Below are positions 24,671 through 33,010 of a DNA stretch of 34,140 nt, piece after piece. This DNA is from an uncultured Candidatus Peribacteria bacterium. GTDB lineage: Bacteria > Patescibacteriota > Gracilibacteria > UBA4473. The stretch lies in the NCBI GenBank assembly GCA_964625805.1, contig CAZVBV010000002.1:1-34140 (forward strand), written 5' to 3'. The notes under the pieces were generated by a model. It worked only from the letters and a program-made list of their open reading frames with translations, was not told where the DNA came from and searched no databases. Position numbers and translations under genes: made by a program. Positions within the stretch are counted from its first letter, which is position 1, and each line of letters opens with the position of its first letter.

Positions 24671-26956
24671 ATGGCTAAACGACGAAAATCTCCGAGCGTA
24701 AAAATTCCTGCTGCTGTTCTTCGGCGAGAAGCTGAAAAAATGGCACGAAAAATGAAGATCGCTGAAAACAAAAAGGATAAACGCCGAGAGATGCGTGAAC
24801 GTGCGAAAGTGCGAGCCACAAGAAAAGTATCCAAACAAAAAGTACAAACGGAGCAATGGGAATCTTTTTTATCAGATTCGGTGATGCGAGAAATCATTGG
24901 CGGTGTTTGGATTGTGTGTGCCGTCCTTTTGTTTGTGCTGTTCTTTGGAGAAACTGATTTTTCGATCTCCATATTGGCATTTTTCAAAACCGTGTTTGGT
25001 ATCGGCGCATGGCTTGTTCCTCTTTGTATGGTAGGATTTGGAGTCTTTCTCTTTACCAATAGAGAGACCTTATTCCCTCCTGCGAGAATTTTGGCACTCC
25101 TGCTTTTCTTCTCTTCTGTCTTGGGATTAATAAATCTTTTCATACCGCATGTGGATTCGTTAGCCCTTTCTGGAAGTTATGGAGGAGCTCTTGGATTTGC
25201 AATTGATTTCTTCCCACGAGAATTTTTGGGGACGATCCCTACTATTATCATCTTGCTCGGAATCCTCTGGGTGTCCGGAGTACTGGGATTTGGGATTCGT
25301 GTTTCAGAACTTTTAAGAGGAAAACATTTAAAACAAATTGATATTGAAAAATCCGGAAAAGTTATTGAAACAAAGCCTGCGAAAATGACGAAAGAAGAAA
25401 AAGAGGAAATGAAATCAGGACGATTTAAAAACGAATTGGAGATTATCGATTCCTCAACCAAGGGGAAAAATGGGAAGGCCATTGTGAATCTCGACAAGAC
25501 GGACGAACTCACGGCTGCGAAGAATCGTGAACTCGGTGGGCAGTGGGAACCCCCAAACGTAGATCTGTTGAAAGATACAACATCAACTATTGTCGTTGAT
25601 GAGACGGATCTCCGGAGAAAGGCTGACATTATCCGTGAGAAACTCGAACAATTTGGAATTGAAGTAACTATGAAATCTGTGCACGTCGGACCGACGGTGA
25701 CACAGTTTACATTGGAACCTGCAGCCGGAGTGAAACTGACGAAGATTACCGCTCTCAAGCGTGATTTGGCTTTAGCATTGGCAGCTGAGAATTTGCGAAT
25801 CGAAGCCCCTATTCAAGGGAAAGCTTTGGTGGGAATTGAGATTCCAAATAAAGATCGATCGGTTGTTGGGATGCGAGAGATTTTGGAATCAGAAGCGTGG
25901 GCAAATGAAAAATCCGATTTGAAATTGGCTTTCGGACGAGATGTGGCGGGGAAACCAATCGTTGCCAACTTGGCAAAGATGCCCCACTTGATGATTGCCG
26001 GAAAAACAGGATCTGGAAAATCAGTCGCCATGAATGCGTTCCTGTGTTCGCTCTTGTGGCAAAACTCTCCAGAGAAATTGAAACTTATTTTGGTGGATCC
26101 GAAACGTGTAGAATTGACGCTCTACAACCATCTACCTCACCTTCTCACGCCCGTTATTGTGGAGCCTGAGAAATGCGTTTCGGCGCTGGCTTGGGCGGTA
26201 GCGGAGATGAACCGTCGATATAAAATGTTCTCTGAAGCACGATGTCGAGACATCACAGAATACAACGAGAAGTCTGATAAAAAAGAACCGTTCATTGTTA
26301 TCGTTATTGATGAGTTGGCAGACCTCATGATGGTAGCTGGAAAGGATGTAGAAGCCGCTATTTGTCGAATCGCTCAGATGGCTCGAGCTGTTGGAATGCA
26401 CTTGATTATTGCGACGCAAAGACCGTCTGTAGATGTGGTAACCGGACTCATTAAGGCCAACCTCGCATCGCGTATCGGATTTAAGGTTTCCTCTGGAATT
26501 GATTCGAGAACTATCCTCGATGGTGTCGGAGCCGAAGACTTGCTTGGATTTGGAGACATGCTGAGCTTAGACGGAAACACCGGAGCTATTACACGAATTC
26601 AGGGAATCTTTATTTCAAATGAAGAAGTGGAACGCATTACGAATCACATTAAATTACAGTTTCCTGAAATGGTGGCGAACGATGAAATCACATCTCAGTC
26701 CATCGAAGGAATGGCGAAGGGAGGGGTCCTCACTGCCGGAACAAAGGTCGAAGGTGGTGATGTTGATAAAATCTACGAAGACGCTGTAGACGTTGTTGAG
26801 GAAATGGGGAGAGCCTCTGCAAGTTTCTTGCAACGACGTATGGAGATTGGATACGCTCGTGCAGCTCGACTCCTCGATCAGATGGAAGCCCGTGGAGTTG
26901 TCGGTCCTTCCAAGGGAGCGAAACCAAGAGAGGTGTATGGGAGGCGGAAAGAATAA
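24671..26956 (+). CDS. ftsK: DNA translocase FtsK/SpoIIIE
   Basis: Basic N-terminal tail, then TM helices. Walker A IAGKTGSGKSV, Walker B IVIVIDELADL, and a C-terminal gamma winged helix SFLQRRMEIGYARAARLLDQMEARGVVGP. I prefer ATG 24671 to TTG 24614. Confidence 0.93.
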   Translation: MAKRRKSPSVKIPAAVLRREAEKMARKMKIAENKKDKRREMRERAKVRATRKVSKQKVQTEQWESFLSDSVMREIIGGVWIVCAVLLFVLFFGETDFSISILAFFKTVFGIGAWLVPLCMVGFGVFLFTNRETLFPPARILALLLFFSSVLGLINLFIPHVDSLALSGSYGGALGFAIDFFPREFLGTIPTIIILLGILWVSGVLGFGIRVSELLRGKHLKQIDIEKSGKVIETKPAKMTKEEKEEMKSGRFKNELEIIDSSTKGKNGKAIVNLDKTDELTAAKNRELGGQWEPPNVDLLKDTTSTIVVDETDLRRKADIIREKLEQFGIEVTMKSVHVGPTVTQFTLEPAAGVKLTKITALKRDLALALAAENLRIEAPIQGKALVGIEIPNKDRSVVGMREILESEAWANEKSDLKLAFGRDVAGKPIVANLAKMPHLMIAGKTGSGKSVAMNAFLCSLLWQNSPEKLKLILVDPKRVELTLYNHLPHLLTPVIVEPEKCVSALAWAVAEMNRRYKMFSEARCRDITEYNEKSDKKEPFIVIVIDELADLMMVAGKDVEAAICRIAQMARAVGMHLIIATQRPSVDVVTGLIKANLASRIGFKVSSGIDSRTILDGVGAEDLLGFGDMLSLDGNTGAITRIQGIFISNEEVERITNHIKLQFPEMVANDEITSQSIEGMAKGGVLTAGTKVEGGDVDKIYEDAVDVVEEMGRASASFLQRRMEIGYARAARLLDQMEARGVVGPSKGAKPREVYGRRKE

Positions 26957-26962
26957 AACTCT

Positions 26963-26991
26963 CCTTGTCATTCCGGATTTATTCCGGAATC
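26963..26991 (+). repeat. REP/MITE-like element, short copy C
   Basis: CCTTGTCATTCCGGA-TTTAT-TCCGGAATC lies immediately after the ftsK stop. It shares the same head motif as copy A. Confidence 0.6.
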
Positions 26992-27000
26992 TAACTGTAA

Positions 27001-27078
27001 AAATAAAACATATGTTGCGCGCTAGCGCTTTTGAATAAAAGCCCAACTCATCCGATCCTGGGCAAGCCAGGATGACTG
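27001..27078 (-). repeat. REP/MITE-like element, copy B (inverted relative to copy A)
   Basis: The reverse complement reads CAGTCATCCTGG-CTTGC-CCAGGATCGGATG...AAAGCGCTAGCGCGC...ATGTTTTATTT, which aligns with copy A along its whole length. Confidence 0.7.
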
Positions 27079-27116
27079 ATTACTTTTCTTTTTACATTTT
27101 ACCTTTAACCTTTTTC

Positions 27117-27163
27117 ATCGCTTGGTCGTTGTGTTTACGGCTTATTCATGGTATAATAAGGAG
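27117..27163 (+). promoter_or_regulatory. Promoter block, copy 1 (conserved ATCGCTTGGTC; -35 TTGTGT; 17 nt; TGgTATAAT; AAGGAG abutting the ATG)
   Basis: -35 at 27129-27134, -10 at 27152-27157, ATG at 27164. About 80% identical by eye to the block at 28670-28716. Confidence 0.55.
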
Positions 27164-27466
27164 ATGGGTATTAAAAAAATAGAACAACTCTTAAAAAAAC
27201 ATCCCGAGAACGATATTTTTCAGAAAATTTTAAAAGCTTTGCCTGGATTTGATGACCGAGAATTACGAATTTTGGGAAATTTATTAACAAAGGGGGCAAC
27301 CCTTAAGAATGTAAAAATGGTTGTTAATAATTTAGAACTCGCACTAAATAATTTCGCAAAACTCCCCCTGGATATGAAAAAATTTGAATTAAAGATTTTA
27401 GAACAACAGAGTCGGAAAAAGACAAATCCTGATGATATTTTAAAAGAACTTGATCAAAATGCTTGA
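27164..27466 (+). CDS. Hypothetical protein (100 aa, helical)
   Basis: ORF directly behind the promoter block. No recognisable domain. Overlaps the start of the next ORF. Confidence 0.55.
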   Translation: MGIKKIEQLLKKHPENDIFQKILKALPGFDDRELRILGNLLTKGATLKNVKMVVNNLELALNNFAKLPLDMKKFELKILEQQSRKKTNPDDILKELDQNA

Positions 27467-28562
27467 AAAAGAAAATATTCCTGTTTTTAAAATTGAAAAC
27501 AAAGTTGGCATCGATGAAATTAAAGAAATTCATGAGTATCTAGATGAAGCTGAAAAATTGGGTCAACAAACTGAAGCCCTTTTAGCTTTATTGGAACAAT
27601 GGGAATCCCATTACAAAATGAATGAACCGGGATCATTCGATGGTGAAATAACTCCAAACTTGAGTGAGGAAGAACTCACTCAACCATATCACCAATTGGA
27701 TGCCCATTACAAATGGGCAATTGAAACAAGGCAAAAAGCGTTTGTGAATGCCGTTTGTTTGGCAAAATTCGCAAGCAAAATTTCTACCTATAAAAAAAAC
27801 GAAAAAGAAAATCCGAACATTCTCTCGGGGGAGGAAAGTGGAAATAAAAAAATAGAGAACTTTCACTTTAATATGAATGATCAAATTCTTAATAATGATG
27901 GAAATGATTATATGAAACAAATAATGCAGAGAGTTACAAATGTTCATGAATTATTCGGATTATCTTCAATTCCAACTTCTGTTTGCATTTCATCCTCTTA
28001 TTTTTTACAAGCAACTTATGGGTATGAAGATAAAGATAAAAATGGAGAACCTATGAAACCGGGAGAAAGCTGGATTACACTTGGAGAAGCATATTTTTCT
28101 GGTAAACTTTCAAAATATGGCCCAAGTTTCATAGATCATGAGACTTTTCATCAGATTGATGATTATTTATTTAAAATAGAAGATAACGAGAACTTTGAAG
28201 CCATTTTTAAAAAGCATAAAAACGAAGGATATATGAATTTCTTAAGTGAAAGACTTGTATTTAAAAATGCAGCAGGCGGGCATCCCATGGACGACGAAAG
28301 AGAATTTTTTTGTTCTTTCTTACACAGTCTTCAAAATCCGAACATACTAGAAATACTCCTTCCCGAGGGAAATATTGAAGAGGGGATGTTGCTTTTGGTC
28401 GAAGATACTGCGGTTGTGCTACTTAAAATTTTAAAAAAAATAAAAAAAGAGCACAAAATAGAAAATATGCCGATTGAAAAACAACTACAAGCTGTTTTGA
28501 ATTATACGAATAATATCCCTCATTCTTATAATTTTTTCGAATCGAACGAACTGAAGAAGTAG
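27450..28562 (+). CDS. Hypothetical protein with an HExxH motif (possible zincin-like metallopeptidase)
   Basis: 370 aa with no signal peptide. SFIDHETFHQIDD contains HETFH. A later acidic segment is HPMDDEREFF. The DNA is visibly AT-rich. The start is either 27450 or 27459. Confidence 0.65.
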   Translation: MIKMLEKENIPVFKIENKVGIDEIKEIHEYLDEAEKLGQQTEALLALLEQWESHYKMNEPGSFDGEITPNLSEEELTQPYHQLDAHYKWAIETRQKAFVNAVCLAKFASKISTYKKNEKENPNILSGEESGNKKIENFHFNMNDQILNNDGNDYMKQIMQRVTNVHELFGLSSIPTSVCISSSYFLQATYGYEDKDKNGEPMKPGESWITLGEAYFSGKLSKYGPSFIDHETFHQIDDYLFKIEDNENFEAIFKKHKNEGYMNFLSERLVFKNAAGGHPMDDEREFFCSFLHSLQNPNILEILLPEGNIEEGMLLLVEDTAVVLLKILKKIKKEHKIENMPIEKQLQAVLNYTNNIPHSYNFFESNELKK

Positions 28563-28574
28563 AAATAGAAATTT

Positions 28575-28652
28575 CTCCCCCTTGCAGGGGGAGCGAGAGG
28601 GGGTATAGAAAACACCCCACCTAACCTCCCCTCAAAGGGGAGGAATTTTTTT
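28575..28652 (+). terminator. Cluster of G/C-tract hairpins ending in a rho-independent terminator
   Basis: CTCCCCCT-TGC-AGGGGGAG (28575-28593), then CCTCCCCT-CAA-AGGGGAGG (28625-28643), followed by AATTTTTTT. Confidence 0.65.
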
Positions 28653-28669
28653 AAGATTCTTGAGTTTTT

Positions 28670-28716
28670 ATCGCTTGGTCATTGTGTTTTCATCGTTTTT
28701 GTGGTACAATGAGGAG
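28670..28716 (+). promoter_or_regulatory. Promoter block, copy 2 (ATCGCTTGGTC; -35 TTGTGT; 17 nt; TGgTACAAT; GAGGAG abutting the ATG)
   Basis: -35 at 28682-28687, -10 at 28705-28710, ATG at 28717. Confidence 0.55.
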
Positions 28717-29754
28717 ATGAATAAGACTGTGAATACGTTTGATATTCTCACTTGTGGGTCAATCACCCTCGACACCTTTGTGGAACCAAACGAGATGGAT
28801 ATTGTGAAGCAAGAAGGCGAAGAAGATGCTATGGCGTTTGAAATTGGACAAAAAATACGAATGCGAACTGTCGCTCGTCACGTAGGAGGAGGAGCTGCCA
28901 ATACGGCGGTTGGTTTTTCAAAGATGGGATTTAAGACTGTTTGCCTGGGAACCATTGGGAAAGACGATCATGGAGCTTTTATTCAACATCAATTGAAGTC
29001 TGCGAAAGTGGAAACCAAGTTTCTCAATATACAGAAAGAGGCCCCATCAAGTGCTTCTATTATTTTTATGACCCCTGACGGTCGCAGAACGGTTTTTAAT
29101 GAACGAACGACGCATGGAAAGTTTGAGCATTTTCCACACGGAGTTCCTCACACCAGAGCCTTGTACATGGGACATCTAGACGAAATAGAAACGGAGATCT
29201 TTGATCACCTGCAAACCTGGAAAGAAAAGAATCCAAAAAGTGTTATTGCGTGGAATCCAGGAAAAACACAGTTCTCTCTTGGTCTCAATCACTTCAAAAG
29301 CATTCTTCATTTAATTGATCTTCTTATTTTGAATGTTGAGGAGGCGGAACTCTTTGTGCAGAAACAAGCAAAAGAAATGCCGACCTCGGATCTCAAAACA
29401 AAACCCCTCTTCCCTGCGAACCGCACAACAATTGCTGATGTACGAACACATGCACAAATGTTTTTGGAAGCGGGGGTGAAAAATGTATTTATTACTGACG
29501 GGATTGGTGGCGCACAATATTTTGGAGTCGATGGCATGCATCTTTATTTACCAGCATACAAAAACGTTCCCTCTGTCAGCACACTAGGGGCAGGCGACAG
29601 TTTCTCTGTGGGGGTGGTTTCCGCTTTTCTGCAAGGAGAAGATTCTGCCACGCAACTTCTCTGGGGAAGTGCGAATGCGAGTTCTGTCATACAACAATTT
29701 GGAGCACAAAAAGGCCAGCTCACGTGCGCTGACATGAAAAATATCAAGTACTAA
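28717..29754 (+). CDS. PfkB-family carbohydrate kinase
   Basis: GGGAANTAVGFSKMG (N-terminal signature) and TLGAGDSFSVG (C-terminal signature). I prefer ATG 28717. Confidence 0.85.
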   Translation: MNKTVNTFDILTCGSITLDTFVEPNEMDIVKQEGEEDAMAFEIGQKIRMRTVARHVGGGAANTAVGFSKMGFKTVCLGTIGKDDHGAFIQHQLKSAKVETKFLNIQKEAPSSASIIFMTPDGRRTVFNERTTHGKFEHFPHGVPHTRALYMGHLDEIETEIFDHLQTWKEKNPKSVIAWNPGKTQFSLGLNHFKSILHLIDLLILNVEEAELFVQKQAKEMPTSDLKTKPLFPANRTTIADVRTHAQMFLEAGVKNVFITDGIGGAQYFGVDGMHLYLPAYKNVPSVSTLGAGDSFSVGVVSAFLQGEDSATQLLWGSANASSVIQQFGAQKGQLTCADMKNIKY

Positions 29755-29758
29755 AAAA

Positions 29759-29781
29759 CCCCGCAGAGCGGGGCTTTTTTT
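29759..29781. terminator. Bidirectional rho-independent terminator
   Basis: AAAAAA, CCCCGC-AGA-GCGGGG, C, TTTTTTT. Lies between the convergent pfkB and pilin genes. Confidence 0.75.
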
Positions 29782-29813
29782 GATTTGTAATAAATCGTCG
29801 TCTCTCTTTCTTC

Positions 29814-30221
29814 TTAGGTCGTTGGTGCCTCCATGCTTCCGGCTCCAAGTATTGTATTTACCAATGCGTATGAGATGAGAATCACAACGATTCCAATCGC
29901 AGCGTAGAGAAGAATTTTCTTTCCTTTTTCTGCTCCTGCATCGTCTCCACCTGAAGTGATGTAGAGAAATCCTCCGTAAATCACCATGATAGTGGCAACA
30001 AGACCAAGGAAGTAAAGGAAGTAGTTAACGATCATTGTTAACGCTGAACGGAAAGATCCTTCATATCGACTTGTCGCAGCGGACAGTGTCTGTGGTCTAT
30101 CTGTATCGGTAATAAAACCACCTTGTGCGCCACCTTGTGCAAAACCAATATCAGCTGTAAGACCAGCTGCGAGACCGAGAGCAAGTAACATTCCGAGAAC
30201 GGGAGCGATGAATTTTTTCAT
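29814..30221 (-). CDS. VirB2/T4SS-pilin-like protein (single module), paralogue 1
   Basis: 135 aa. Signal peptide MKKFIAPVLGMLLALGLAAGLTADIGFAQ, then helix-loop-helix VATIMVIYGGFLYITSGGDDAGAEKGKKILLYAAIGIVVILISYALV. Confidence 0.8.
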   Translation of the reverse strand: MKKFIAPVLGMLLALGLAAGLTADIGFAQGGAQGGFITDTDRPQTLSAATSRYEGSFRSALTMIVNYFLYFLGLVATIMVIYGGFLYITSGGDDAGAEKGKKILLYAAIGIVVILISYALVNTILGAGSMEAPTT

Positions 30222-30390
30222 TCTTTGTGATTATAAAGGGTGAAAGAGATTTATTTTTCTTCTGCTCTAGAGTATAGAATAAGAGCGAGTAAAAACAAAA
30301 TTTTTAGAAACGTTTTTTATATTTTCCAATAAAGAATTCTTTTTTGCAAACTTTTTTTAAAAGATACTCTCTTCGGATGCCTTTTCTGCA

Positions 30391-30792
30391 CTAGGTTCCT
30401 GGCTGCTCTATACTTCCTGATGCCAAGATTGTATTTACGAGTGCGTATGAGATGAGCACCACAATAAGACCAACTGCTGCATACATGAGGATTTTCTTTC
30501 CTTTTTCTGCCCCTGCATCGTCTCCTCCTGAAGTGATGTAAAGAAATCCTCCGTAGATCACCATAATAGTGGCAATGAGTCCGAGGAAGAAAAGAAAGTA
30601 ATTTACAATCGTTGTAAGTGCTGTTCGGAAAGATCCAACATAATTCCCTGTTGCTGCTATCAATGTTGATGGTCGATCTGTATCAGAAATTAATCCTCCC
30701 TGTGCTTGGGCAAATCCAATATCGACTGTCAAAGCTGACATGAGACCGATTGCAAATAGAAGGCCGATGATGGGAGCAATGAACTTTTTCAT
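30391..30792 (-). CDS. VirB2/T4SS-pilin-like protein (single module), paralogue 2
   Basis: 133 aa, highly similar to paralogue 1 along its whole length. Same YGGFLYITSGGDDAGAEKGKKIL core. Confidence 0.8.
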   Translation of the reverse strand: MKKFIAPIIGLLFAIGLMSALTVDIGFAQAQGGLISDTDRPSTLIAATGNYVGSFRTALTTIVNYFLFFLGLIATIMVIYGGFLYITSGGDDAGAEKGKKILMYAAVGLIVVLISYALVNTILASGSIEQPGT

Positions 30793-30875
30793 AGAAATAT
30801 GTTAGGAGTCGAAAATTCGACTTCTTTAATTTTCAAACAAAAAAAGTGATTTGGCAAATTTTTTTTCTATTTTTT

Positions 30876-30884
30876 TGTTATACT
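30876..30884 (+). promoter_or_regulatory. Extended -10 TGtTATACT, 7 nt upstream of the recG ATG
   Basis: Read directly from the sequence. No SD lies between the element and ATG 30892. Confidence 0.45.
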
Positions 30885-30891
30885 CTTCCCG

Positions 30892-32913
30892 ATGAATCTT
30901 TCGTTTCTTTTGGAAAAGACCATTCGCACTACGCGCCCTCATCTCGCGAAACTCGCTAAAATGGAGGTGTTTACGGTAAAAGATCTTTTGGAATTTTTCC
31001 CGAGAGCCGTTGAGTCAGCAGAGATTACGTCAGGTTTTCAGAACATTCAGTTAGGTATTAAAAATACCGTATCGGGCGTCATGACCGATGTCCGAAGTGA
31101 GAAAACGGCACGAGGCAAGAAGATTGCGAAAGCAGCCCTCATTCTTGATGACAGCTCTGTGATTGATGTGATATGGTTTCAAGTTCCTTATATTTTGAAA
31201 AATATAAAAGATGAATCTCGTCTCTTTCTGGTGGGAAAAATTGATCGCAGTTATGGAAAGATCCAAATTCTGAACCCCGAGATTCACTTAAGTAAAAATA
31301 TGCATGTAGGTGGCGTACGCGCCATTTACCCAGAATCCCCTCCCATAACGAGTAAATGGTTGCGAGAAAAAATGGCAGGGCTTCTTCTTTTTGCAAAGGA
31401 TTTCCCTGAGATTCTTCCATCACCAATCCTTAAAGAGGAAAATTTTTTAGGAAAAGTGGAGGCAGTCAAAGCTATTCACGCTCCTAAAAGTGTTGAAGAG
31501 TGGGCGAGTGCCCGCACACGATTGGGATTTGAGGAGGTGTTTGAAATTCAAACAAGAGTGCTTCAAGAAAAATTTATCAGAGAAAAAGAAGCGATCAATC
31601 CTTACCAGGTAATGCTCGATGCCGAGCAAGTGAAGGTGGATCTAAAACGAGCCTCCTTTGAACTCACCCTAGCGCAAAAAAAATGTTTGTTTCAGGTTTT
31701 TAAGGATTTCGAGAAAGACCGCCCCGCTCATAGATTGATGCAGGGAGATGTGGGGTCGGGAAAGACAATTGTGGCATTTCTCGCGAGTCTGCCGATTTTG
31801 AGAATAGGAGCACAGGTCGCCTTCTTGGCCCCAACGGAAATTTTGGCAAAACAACATTTCGCAAATGCGTTGAAATTTTTCGGGTCAGAGTTTTCTGTGG
31901 AATTATTAACGGGATCGGTCACCGCTAGCAAGAAGAAAAACATAAAAGCGAAACTCAAAAATGGAGACATTAAAGTAATCATTGGAACGCACGCGATACT
32001 GACCGAAGACACCGTATTTAAAAATCTTGGGTTCGCTGTTATTGACGAACAGCATCGATTTGGAGTTATGCAGAGAGCGCTCTTAGCAAAGAATCACACT
32101 CACGTGCTGGCGATGACCGCGACACCGATACCACGAACGCTCGCATTAACAATATATGGAGATCAGGATTTATCGGTGATTGATGAAATGCCTCCAGGGC
32201 GAAAACCGATTATCACAAAAGTCATTTCTGACGAACGAACAATTACGAAATGTAATTATTTTATTGATGACCAGATTGGAAAAAAGAGACAAATCTTCTG
32301 GGTTTGTCCGCTCATAGACGAGTCTGACAAAATAGAGGCAAAGAACGTAAAAGAAGAATTTGATCGTATCGCGAATGAAGTATTCCCGAAGCGGCGGGTG
32401 GAATTTCTCCACGGAAAAATGAAACCAAAAGAGAAAGATGGTGTCATGCGACGGTTCAAGGATAAAGAATTTGATATTCTTGTTTCGACAAGCGTGATCG
32501 AAGTGGGCGTTGATATTCCCGATGCCACCGTGATGGTGATTGAGAATTCGGAACGATTTGGACTCGCTCAACTCCATCAATTCAGGGGACGAATCGGACG
32601 GAATGATATGCAGTCGTATTGTTTCCTCATGGTGGGACAGAAGGATGACGCACAGAAAGAGCGTTTAAAAGCCATGGAGAAATCCACCAACGGGCTCTAT
32701 TTATCCGAAATAGATTTAAAGATACGAGGGATGGGAGAGATTTACGGACTCAGGCAAGCGGGACTTCCAGACATGAAGTGTGCGGATCTCACGAATTTGG
32801 AATTGTTGCAAAAAGCTCGCGATTGGGCGATTACTATTTTGAAAGAAGATATTACGTTAAAAAAATACCCAGCGTTAAAACAGCGGGTTGAAGAGGGCGA
32901 TGTTTACTTTTAA
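30892..32913 (+). CDS. recG: ATP-dependent DNA helicase RecG
   Basis: 673 aa. Wedge/OB N-terminal region, Walker A GDVGSGKT, DEQHRFGV, MTATPIPRTLA and QLHQFRGRIGR. Confidence 0.93.
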   Translation: MNLSFLLEKTIRTTRPHLAKLAKMEVFTVKDLLEFFPRAVESAEITSGFQNIQLGIKNTVSGVMTDVRSEKTARGKKIAKAALILDDSSVIDVIWFQVPYILKNIKDESRLFLVGKIDRSYGKIQILNPEIHLSKNMHVGGVRAIYPESPPITSKWLREKMAGLLLFAKDFPEILPSPILKEENFLGKVEAVKAIHAPKSVEEWASARTRLGFEEVFEIQTRVLQEKFIREKEAINPYQVMLDAEQVKVDLKRASFELTLAQKKCLFQVFKDFEKDRPAHRLMQGDVGSGKTIVAFLASLPILRIGAQVAFLAPTEILAKQHFANALKFFGSEFSVELLTGSVTASKKKNIKAKLKNGDIKVIIGTHAILTEDTVFKNLGFAVIDEQHRFGVMQRALLAKNHTHVLAMTATPIPRTLALTIYGDQDLSVIDEMPPGRKPIITKVISDERTITKCNYFIDDQIGKKRQIFWVCPLIDESDKIEAKNVKEEFDRIANEVFPKRRVEFLHGKMKPKEKDGVMRRFKDKEFDILVSTSVIEVGVDIPDATVMVIENSERFGLAQLHQFRGRIGRNDMQSYCFLMVGQKDDAQKERLKAMEKSTNGLYLSEIDLKIRGMGEIYGLRQAGLPDMKCADLTNLELLQKARDWAITILKEDITLKKYPALKQRVEEGDVYF

Positions 32914-32927
32914 AAGTTCTCCACCCG

Positions 32928-33010
32928 CCTTGTCATCCCGACCAACGTGGAGGGATCCCTTTATTTTGCAAGCTTCGAAGCGATTTCTCCGCGGAGCCTG
33001 TCCTCGAGAA
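32928..33010 (+). repeat. Diverged REP/MITE-like element after recG
   Basis: It has the same head as the other copies (CCTTGTCATCCCG...GGGATCC) and 10-bp perfect palindromes GCTTCGAAGC and CTCCGCGGAG. The boundaries are approximate. Confidence 0.4.

Noticed and set aside
24568-25143. 191-aa minus-strand ORF
   Set aside because: It is antisense to the ftsK N-terminal region and to the TTAACT repeat region, and ftsK explains the coding signal. The same reasoning applies to the many other 60-190-aa antisense ORFs inside uvrC, mutS, the giant gene, ftsK and recG.
27158-27163. AAGGAG (and GAGGAG at 28711-28716) as Shine-Dalgarno sites
   Set aside because: They abut the ATG with zero spacing, which is too close for SD function, and they lie immediately after a -10 box. 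I interpret them as part of a leaderless-type promoter or initial transcribed region.
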